Source of the DNA: a virus
Lineage: Duplodnaviria; Caudoviricetes
DNA: 54,134 nucleotides
IMG/VR virus record: IMGVR_UViG_3300025663_000097
Span: 1-54,134 of that record
Reading direction: 5' to 3' (one strand)
Shown here: in pieces, positions 47,830 to 54,134 of the stretch
How positions within the stretch are numbered: position 1 is the stretch's first letter
How the letters are laid out: each line of letters starts with the position of its first letter
Notes under the pieces: model-generated
The model's database searches: none
What the model was told of the DNA's origin: nothing
What the model saw: the letters and a program-made list of their open reading frames with translations, nothing else
Program-made: the position numbers and the translations under genes

Positions 47830-48189
47830 ATGAAAGACCATAACCCCTCAACTATCAATGGAGTATGGAATAAAGGAGTAAAAGTAAGGTTAAGAAAAAC
47901 TCCAATCCAGGAATGGGAGAGAGAAGCAAACGCAGAAAGGATGCGAAAGAATAATCCTAACGCAAATGGCAAAATAAGATCTACTAAAACTTATCTAATA
48001 GATGAGAATACAAAAAAGATATGTTATACTTTTAACAGTCTTAAAGAAGCAGAAGAAGAAATGGAAGAGATAATAAGTGATGTTATTAATCACACAAGTG
48101 TCTATTTAAATAGAAAGAAAGACAGGGCATACAAAGGATATTATTGGTGCGTTGGCGACAAGGAATATAAAGGGGTAGTAGACAAATGA
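47830..48189 (+). CDS. NUMOD-type DNA-binding protein, probable homing endonuclease remnant
   Basis: WNKG, MRKNNP, FNSLKEA, YKGYYW; no HNH or GIY-YIG motif; lies between nrdA and nrdB. Confidence 0.6.
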   Translation: MKDHNPSTINGVWNKGVKVRLRKTPIQEWEREANAERMRKNNPNANGKIRSTKTYLIDENTKKICYTFNSLKEAEEEMEEIISDVINHTSVYLNRKKDRAYKGYYWCVGDKEYKGVVDK

Positions 48190-49310
48190 GCGTATTAAAT
48201 AAGAATAGCAAGAATCATCTAACAGCCAATGCGTTTTTAGATAAAAGTGGTGGGCACGGTATCCAACGTTATGATACTGTTAAGTACAGACAATTTGAAA
48301 AACTAACTGATAGACAATTAAGTTTCTTTTGGCGTCCTGAGGAAGTTGACGTAATGCGTGACTCCAAAGACTTTAAAGACTTAACACCATATGAACAACA
48401 CATTTTTACATCAAACTTAAAGAGACAGATTGTACTTGACTCAGTACAAGGACGTTCACCTAACTTAGCACTACTACCTTTAGCAACTATACCAGAGATT
48501 GAAACATGGATTGAAACTTGGGCGTTCAATGAAACTATTCATTCACGTTCATACACACATATTATTAGAAATGTGTATGCTGATCCATCAAAAGTATTTG
48601 ATAGCTTAATGGATGTTGAAGAGATTGTATCCTGTGGTACAGACATTTCAAAATACTATGATGACTTAATTGAATATCATAGAATGTATGAGTATCTGGG
48701 TGTAGGTGAACATACAGTCAATGGCAAAAAAGTCATAGTTGACGAGTACGAACTTAAACGACGTTTATGGTTATGTATTAATTCAGTAAACGTATTAGAA
48801 GGCATACGTTTTTATGTTTCTTTTGCTTGTTCTTGGGCATTTGCTGAACTTAAGAAAATGGAAGGCAATGCTAAAATTATTAAACTAATTGCTCGTGATG
48901 AAAATATTCATTTAGCAAGTACACAACACTTATTAAAAATGATGCCGCAAGATGATAGAGACTTTGTTAAGATTAAAAAAGAATGTGAGCCTGAAGTAAC
49001 AGAAATGTTTAAGTCAGCTGTAGACCAAGAAGAAGCCTGGGCAAAGTATTTGTTCCAAAATGGTTCAATGATTGGACTCAATGAAGAGTTACTAAAAGAT
49101 TATATTCAATGGATTGCTAACAAACGTATGTCATCACTAGGGTTGGTTTCACCATATAAAGGAGGTTCAGACCCTTTACCATGGACACAAAAGTGGATAT
49201 CTGGAGGGGAAGTACAGGTAGCACCACAAGAAACAGAAATATCATCATACACAATTGGTGCAGTTAAACAAGACGTAGATCAAGACACACTGAAAGGATT
49301 TAGTTTATAA
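48186..49310 (+). CDS. nrdB: Ribonucleotide reductase class Ia beta subunit
   Basis: FFWRPEEV, ETIHSRSY, LEGIRFY, RDENIH, VAPQETE. Confidence 0.98.
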   Translation: MSVLNKNSKNHLTANAFLDKSGGHGIQRYDTVKYRQFEKLTDRQLSFFWRPEEVDVMRDSKDFKDLTPYEQHIFTSNLKRQIVLDSVQGRSPNLALLPLATIPEIETWIETWAFNETIHSRSYTHIIRNVYADPSKVFDSLMDVEEIVSCGTDISKYYDDLIEYHRMYEYLGVGEHTVNGKKVIVDEYELKRRLWLCINSVNVLEGIRFYVSFACSWAFAELKKMEGNAKIIKLIARDENIHLASTQHLLKMMPQDDRDFVKIKKECEPEVTEMFKSAVDQEEAWAKYLFQNGSMIGLNEELLKDYIQWIANKRMSSLGLVSPYKGGSDPLPWTQKWISGGEVQVAPQETEISSYTIGAVKQDVDQDTLKGFSL

Positions 49311-49555
49311 TGCTTACAGTATATTCAAAACCAGCCTGTCCTTTTTGTAACAAGGCTAAAAATTTATTAGAAACTAAAGGTATAGAATTTGAAGTAGTAG
49401 ATATATCAAAAGATTCAGATTCAAGAGATTTTCTAGTTGAATCAGGATACAGAACAGTTCCACAGATATTCAAGGGTAGTGAATTATTTGTCGAAGGTGG
49501 CTTTCACGGATTAAGTAAATTAACAGACGAAGACATAAACACTAAACTAGGATAA
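49310..49555 (+). CDS. nrdC: Glutaredoxin
   Basis: CPFC, TVPQIF, GGF. Confidence 0.93.
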   Translation: MLTVYSKPACPFCNKAKNLLETKGIEFEVVDISKDSDSRDFLVESGYRTVPQIFKGSELFVEGGFHGLSKLTDEDINTKLG

Positions 49556-49557
49556 AA

Positions 49558-49860
49558 ATGGACATAACAAAAGATCAAATATACACATTCAAAATAAACT
49601 CAGGCGAAGAAATGGTAACAAAAGTGTTAGAAGTTGGTGACACACATTACCTCATTGAGAAACCTGTATCAATTGCTCCAGGACAAAAAGGCATGCAAAT
49701 GATTCCTAGTGCGTTTACTATGGAATTGGAAAAACCAGTAAGGCTAAATATTAGTGCAGTAACAATGGTTTTTGAAACTAATCCAGAAGTACAAGCTAGC
49801 TATAAAACAGCAACAAGTGGAATAGTTCAACCGCCAGAAAAGAAAATACTACAAGGGTAA
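49558..49860 (+). CDS. T4-like hypothetical protein (Sm-like)
   Basis: FKINSGEEMVTKV pattern. Confidence 0.7.
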   Translation: MDITKDQIYTFKINSGEEMVTKVLEVGDTHYLIEKPVSIAPGQKGMQMIPSAFTMELEKPVRLNISAVTMVFETNPEVQASYKTATSGIVQPPEKKILQG

Positions 49861-49865
49861 TACAA

Positions 49866-50153
49866 ATGCCAGGAGTTGTGCGTACAGGTGATATCAACAG
49901 TGCAGGTGGTGCCGCCATAAGAGGTAGCTCATCTGTTCTTGTTAATGGTAGAGGAGTAGTTGCTCCAGGTAGTTCTGTGAGTCCTCATCCTTGCTGTGGA
50001 GCCAAAGGTTGTGAAATCCACTGTGTAGCTGTAGTAGTTGGTCCTGGTAGCTCAACAGTGTTGGTTGAAGGTAAAAGAGTCATCAGACAAGGTGATTCAG
50101 ATATTTGCGGTCACTCTAGAATGACAGCTAGCACTGATGTGATTTGTGGGTAA
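49866..50153 (+). CDS. PAAR-domain baseplate spike tip (gp5.4-like)
   Basis: VRTGD, GSSSVLVNG, Cys/His cluster, IRQGDSDICGH. Confidence 0.9.
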   Translation: MPGVVRTGDINSAGGAAIRGSSSVLVNGRGVVAPGSSVSPHPCCGAKGCEIHCVAVVVGPGSSTVLVEGKRVIRQGDSDICGHSRMTASTDVICG

Positions 50154-50159
50154 TTAGAT

Positions 50160-51155
50160 ATGGCATGCGGAGGAGCACTTACAGGTATGCTAATGACAGC
50201 AGGTGCAAGTCTGCTAAGTGGCACTGGATCAGGATTAACTAAATCTCTTGGATTAGACAGTGCTATTACAAAAACTTCTACAAATTTCCCAGGCTTTGGT
50301 ACAGTAACAGAAGCCATAAGTGCCGCAGGCGGTGAAGGTGGAGCTGGTTTAGTTAGTATGGGAGGATTAACATTCCCAGGTGTAGGTAATGCTGTGCCTA
50401 GTAGTTTTCTAAGCGATCTAGGTAGCACATTTAGTATGACTGATCTAATTAACTCTACAGCAGATGCGATAATGGGTGCTGACCTAGGTGTCTTTACTCA
50501 ACATTTTAATTCCGCTGACGGGCTAGTAGCAGGATCCAATCAATTTATAACTTCATTAATATCTTTTGCTGGAGAAACATTTAGCTCGTACTCTCAAAAT
50601 TCGTTAATGACTAGTGCATTTGCAGATACTAATTTAGCATTACCTGATTTTGGTGCAGATCTAGTAGACATGGGAAACATTGTTGATCTAAACGATTTAA
50701 GTAATTTAGGAAATCCATTGAGTTTGGTTAAAAATTTAAGTCAACAAGCAGGCGGTATTGCTGTTTTAAACAAAAGTTTACTAAACGCAGGTATAAATCC
50801 AGACTCACTTAATACATTAGTTACTTCAACTGATGTTAGTGCGTTAACCAATGAAACAGTTGGTAATAGTTTAGGTTCTGGTGGACTTGCAAGAATGGAT
50901 AGTGGTGGAACAGGTCTATCTGGTCTATCTAGCTTAACAGCATCTACTGATTCAGGACTTATGAAAACCGTATATGAAGCTATGGGCAGTGTAACTGGTG
51001 AAGACTTAGATAAGGTACAGGCAATACTAGGAAGTGATGTCAAAGGATTAACATCAATGAAAGATATGTTAGATCCTAGTAAAATAATGCCACGTAGTTA
51101 TCCTAGTATGACTTCAATAGCACCCGCAGGTAACTTAACTAAGGTTTATACATAA
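50160..51155 (+). CDS. Gly/Ser-rich probable baseplate/tail protein
   Basis: Follows PAAR; low-complexity G/S/L/T composition. Confidence 0.6.
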   Translation: MACGGALTGMLMTAGASLLSGTGSGLTKSLGLDSAITKTSTNFPGFGTVTEAISAAGGEGGAGLVSMGGLTFPGVGNAVPSSFLSDLGSTFSMTDLINSTADAIMGADLGVFTQHFNSADGLVAGSNQFITSLISFAGETFSSYSQNSLMTSAFADTNLALPDFGADLVDMGNIVDLNDLSNLGNPLSLVKNLSQQAGGIAVLNKSLLNAGINPDSLNTLVTSTDVSALTNETVGNSLGSGGLARMDSGGTGLSGLSSLTASTDSGLMKTVYEAMGSVTGEDLDKVQAILGSDVKGLTSMKDMLDPSKIMPRSYPSMTSIAPAGNLTKVYT

Positions 51156-52219
51156 TGGCAAGTCTTAACTCATCTTTTAACGGATTAGGCAATGACCTTT
51201 ATACTGCATTACCTGAAGATGTTGCAGATGCCAATCGAGCATTAGCAAGAGCATTAGGACAGATTAAAAATGTATTCGACCTATCACCAGGACAATTAGG
51301 ACAAGCGGCCGCAACACTTGAAACAACCAAAGGATTAGATTTAATTAATAGTACAGGCGGATTAGATCAAGATGTAATTGATTTTTACAAAAACGATCTA
51401 GCCACTGGCAGTGGACAACACGGTGAATTATTATTAACTGATGTTATAGGAACTGCGGCAGGCTGGGTGCATGAAGATGAACTTAACAATGAAGCAGATA
51501 GATTAAAAATTCTTAATGACTTAGGAGAGCTTGATGATTTACAAGCATGGCCTACACCTAAAGCATATAACAGTTCGGGTAACGGTTTATACACAGTGCT
51601 ATGGTATCATTGGGTAGAAAATGCTTACTACACTCCTTTCAGTGATTTCTCACAAAATGATCCAGTAACTGGTGTACCTCCTTTAATAATACCACGATGG
51701 ACTATACCGGCTGGAATAACCTTAACTAGTAGTATAGCAGGAACATATGACTCAAAATTATTGCTCAGTGAGGCTGTTGTTGGATTAGTTAACACAGAAA
51801 TACAACGTATTGCTAACAAATATCCTTTACAGGCTAGTCAAAGTGTTACTGCATTTACAAACATGGGTAATCAAATGGTTAAAGAAAAAACTAATCAAGC
51901 GTCTGCAGGCATTGTCCCAACAGACACACAGACAGGAACTAAGACACCTGTTCAAGGCTTAGTTAGTAACTTACATAGTATAGGCCAAGACATTAGTCTA
52001 GGTGGAAGTGCCTATGTGTTAGAAAAACTTGCTGATACTAGAATCAAAGGTGGTCAGGCAGTAATTGCATCAATGCGTGAAGGACGTAACATACAGCGAC
52101 TAGCTGAGTATGGAATTCCTACATCGTTATTTGCAAACTCAACAACAAAAACAACAGAAGAAGCTCAATTGCTTGAATCAACATATACAGTTGATGAAGC
52201 AAAGTCAAATACAGACTAA
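51155..52219 (+). CDS. Probable baseplate/tail-associated protein
   Basis: TAATG coupling with upstream gene; GQAVIASMREGRN. Confidence 0.6.
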   Translation: MASLNSSFNGLGNDLYTALPEDVADANRALARALGQIKNVFDLSPGQLGQAAATLETTKGLDLINSTGGLDQDVIDFYKNDLATGSGQHGELLLTDVIGTAAGWVHEDELNNEADRLKILNDLGELDDLQAWPTPKAYNSSGNGLYTVLWYHWVENAYYTPFSDFSQNDPVTGVPPLIIPRWTIPAGITLTSSIAGTYDSKLLLSEAVVGLVNTEIQRIANKYPLQASQSVTAFTNMGNQMVKEKTNQASAGIVPTDTQTGTKTPVQGLVSNLHSIGQDISLGGSAYVLEKLADTRIKGGQAVIASMREGRNIQRLAEYGIPTSLFANSTTKTTEEAQLLESTYTVDEAKSNTD

Positions 52220-52225
52220 TAACTG

Positions 52226-52253
52226 TTGACATCAAATATACAGACTGTATAAT
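52226..52253 (+). promoter_or_regulatory. sigma70 consensus promoter
   Basis: TTGACA-16-TATAAT; ATG 6 nt downstream. Confidence 0.75.
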
Positions 52254-52259
52254 ATTTTT

Positions 52260-52688
52260 ATGAAATACTTTTCCTATGCTTTAACCACAGATGAATTTAC
52301 AATGACAGACGTTTGTGCTGATGCTGTTAGATATGGCCCCAGTACTTTAAACAGTTATGAATTACGATTTGCCGGACAAGCAGATATCATTCCTAACATT
52401 AACGCAAAGGTAGAAGGTATCCTATGGGATATACCTGAAGAGTATATAGATATGGTTACCGCTGTAGAAAGACATCAAACAAAGAAACAAATCATAGTAT
52501 CATATGGTAAAGAAACTGTGAGAGCGTGGACATCACAAAGAGAAATATATACTAGACCAAATGTACCTACTTGGCAGTATTGGGAAAAGTTAGAAGATGC
52601 TTACTACCAACAAGGCTTACCGGTCCAACAAATAGTAACAGCCATTGATGAAATAGAAAAGTTTTACGATACAGGATTTAAGTTATAA
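52260..52688 (+). CDS. Gamma-glutamylcyclotransferase-like protein (divergent)
   Basis: YFSYA, YELRF, ADIIP, VEGILWDI match the GGCT layout; GSN motif altered. Confidence 0.6.
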   Translation: MKYFSYALTTDEFTMTDVCADAVRYGPSTLNSYELRFAGQADIIPNINAKVEGILWDIPEEYIDMVTAVERHQTKKQIIVSYGKETVRAWTSQREIYTRPNVPTWQYWEKLEDAYYQQGLPVQQIVTAIDEIEKFYDTGFKL

Positions 52689-52693
52689 ATTAG

Positions 52694-52722
52694 TTGACCA
52701 AAAAATTAAAAGACGTTATAAT
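52694..52722 (+). promoter_or_regulatory. Early sigma70-type promoter
   Basis: TTGACC-17-TATAAT. Confidence 0.8.
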
Positions 52723-52770
52723 AGTGTTACTTTAAAGCAGTAAATAGTTGAACGGAAAGGAGAATAGTTG

Positions 52771-53391
52771 ATGAAGTTATCAAGGAAGGTACTATACGCA
52801 ATACTAGTCGTGTTAATAGCAGGTATATATTTGCAACTAACACAACCAGCTGAACAAGAGAAAGTGGTTACCACAGAAGATATTGTGATAAGCATTGAGC
52901 AACAAAAAGCAGAGCTTAAATTAAAACAAGAATTAATAGCTCAGTTAGAACGTGAAGACGAGTGGATGAAAGAGATAAGTTGTCTAGCTCGCAATGTGTA
53001 CTATGAAGCACGAGGTGAAAGCCTTGAAGGACAAAAAGCAGTAGCACTGGTTACTCTAAACAGAGTTGAAAATCCAATGTTTCCTGATACTATATGCGGT
53101 GTTGTAAACGAACGCAAAGTAGTTAAAGGAAGAACTAAATGTCAGTTCTCGTGGAGATGTGAAAGTCATAATGATCCTAAAAAAGCAGTAAGACAAAGTC
53201 ATGAAAGTTATCAAGCCGCTATGACGGCTATACTTGATTACGAAATACTTACAACTACACTAGTTACAAAAGATACATTATTTTTTCACGCCAAACATGT
53301 TAGACCGTTTTGGAGGAAAGTCAAACAACGTCTAGCACAGATAGACAATCATATATTCTATGAACAACGACCTGGCGATAAACGCAGATAA
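52771..53391 (+). CDS. SleB-like cell wall hydrolase (Hydrolase_2) with N-terminal membrane anchor
   Basis: CLARNVYYEARGES, VTLNRV, FPDTICGVV, CQFSW, IDNHIFY; AGGAG RBS. Confidence 0.92.
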   Translation: MKLSRKVLYAILVVLIAGIYLQLTQPAEQEKVVTTEDIVISIEQQKAELKLKQELIAQLEREDEWMKEISCLARNVYYEARGESLEGQKAVALVTLNRVENPMFPDTICGVVNERKVVKGRTKCQFSWRCESHNDPKKAVRQSHESYQAAMTAILDYEILTTTLVTKDTLFFHAKHVRPFWRKVKQRLAQIDNHIFYEQRPGDKRR

Positions 53392-53411
53392 AAAGTGTGG
53401 CAAAAAAACAA

Positions 53412-53442
53412 CAATGCCCCTATAAATTAGGGGTATTTTTTT
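53412..53442 (+). terminator. Rho-independent terminator
   Basis: aatgccccta...taggggtattttttt. Confidence 0.8.
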
Positions 53443-53453
53443 GGCTAAAATGG

Positions 53454-53482
53454 TTGACCATTAATTCGGAATTCGCTATAAT
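53454..53482 (+). promoter_or_regulatory. Early sigma70-type promoter
   Basis: TTGACC-17-TATAAT. Confidence 0.8.
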
Positions 53483-53530
53483 TGTATTAAGAAATAAGAA
53501 AAACAAGTTAATTATTTAGGGGTAGATAAG

Positions 53531-53965
53531 ATGACACATACAACAGAGAATCCAACACTAGAGTTACTTCAAGAAAAGTACAACTCTACAGCACTAAAAT
53601 TAAACTACAAAGGCGAAGCAATCAGAGGTGGCTCTGTAACAGAAGGCCAATGGCATCGTGATGGTGTTGCTGTGTTAGGTAACAAGGAATGGAAACTTGG
53701 TGCACACGGTGAAGTTCGTTGGGTATCATCAAACAACATTTGTCCAACTGACATCTTAGAGATGGCTGTGGTTGACGGTACAATTACTTGGGAAATGTTT
53801 GAGCGTTCAACTAAACAAAACTCAATTGAAACTACAGAGTTTCTTACACGTTATCAAGCTATGCGTGAGAAACATGGTTACTCAGAAGAAGAGCAATTAG
53901 AAATGCGTTGTGAGTTTGGTGACGAAGAAATAGTTGATGTTTTTACTGGTAAAGTGATATCATAA
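53531..53965 (+). CDS. Hypothetical early protein
   Basis: 144 aa behind early promoter; EEQLEMRCEFG...VDVFTG. Confidence 0.75.
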   Translation: MTHTTENPTLELLQEKYNSTALKLNYKGEAIRGGSVTEGQWHRDGVAVLGNKEWKLGAHGEVRWVSSNNICPTDILEMAVVDGTITWEMFERSTKQNSIETTEFLTRYQAMREKHGYSEEEQLEMRCEFGDEEIVDVFTGKVIS

Positions 53966-54134
53966 TGAAACCAACTATTGGACAAATCATAACTGTAGCA
54001 ACTGAATATAATCGCCCTAGCATTTGGGGCGACATTCATCACTCAGAGCTTACTGGTGAAGTTGTTGATTACAAATGGGCAAAGCCTGAAGAGTTTGCTG
54101 TTCGTAATCCTAATCATCCCAATGGCTTTTCAGT
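53965..54134 (+). CDS. Hypothetical protein, 3-prime truncated
   Basis: TAATG coupling; open to window end (MKPTIGQIITVATEY...). Confidence 0.6.
   Translation, partial: MKPTIGQIITVATEYNRPSIWGDIHHSELTGEVVDYKWAKPEEFAVRNPNHPNGFS

Larger units (their letters stand above)
1..54134. mobile_element. Segment of a large T4-related (jumbo-like) myovirus genome
   Basis: Terminase, gp32, UvsX/Y/W, primase/helicase, NrdAB, PAAR and tail fibre; TAAATA late boxes; nearly all genes on + strand; no integrase or host housekeeping context. Confidence 0.95.

Noticed and set aside
703-51819. Numerous 60-160 aa antisense or alternate-frame ORFs in the track (e.g. 5173-5469, 36870-37355, 47649-47972, 50111-50428)
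   Set aside because: They lie within well-supported genes, lack motifs or start signals, and are typical shadow ORFs
50160-52219. Split gene or programmed frameshift between the two Gly/Ser-rich ORFs
   Set aside because: The TAATG overlap is the ordinary coupling used throughout the window; no slippery heptamer seen
1-54134. Genome-wide TAG (or TGA) reassignment
   Set aside because: Core genes are full-length under the standard code, coding density is already near-complete, and several genes end at TAG right before the next start
1-54134. tRNA, rRNA, introns or inteins in terL, nrdA, nrdB or helicases
   Set aside because: Intergenic gaps are short and accounted for; these proteins have normal lengths with no insertions. 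Not checked with tRNAscan or Infernal

Overview
A gene-dense, AT-rich 54 kb segment of a large T4-related myovirus genome, probably aquatic. A proteobacterial host is inferred from IscU/IscA, NrdAB and sigma70-type promoters. Core genes: terminase large subunit, gp32 SSB, UvsX, UvsY, UvsW, clamp-loader small subunit, primase, replicative helicase, exonuclease, NrdA/NrdB/glutaredoxin, PAAR, a tail fibre and a SleB-like hydrolase. Interleaved with these is a large set of modification enzymes: about 10 glycosyltransferase-like ORFs (including two paralog families), 3 methyltransferases, 3 radical SAM enzymes (two B12-binding), 2 Fe/2OG oxygenases, an SGNH protein and IscU/IscA. Most notable: (1) a 195-aa minimal DnaE-like (family C) polymerase core; (2) a putatively capsid-packaged Pol-beta nucleotidyltransferase/RNA-ligase-like fusion among proteins with T4-type prohead-protease signatures; (3) a 58-bp direct repeat that follows two amber stops in frame and could encode a conserved read-through peptide; (4) systematic near-leaderless promoter-to-ATG spacing; (5) a soc-like late-promoter/RBS hairpin. 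No tRNA, rRNA or CRISPR array was seen. All annotations come from motif recognition by eye; no database searches were run.
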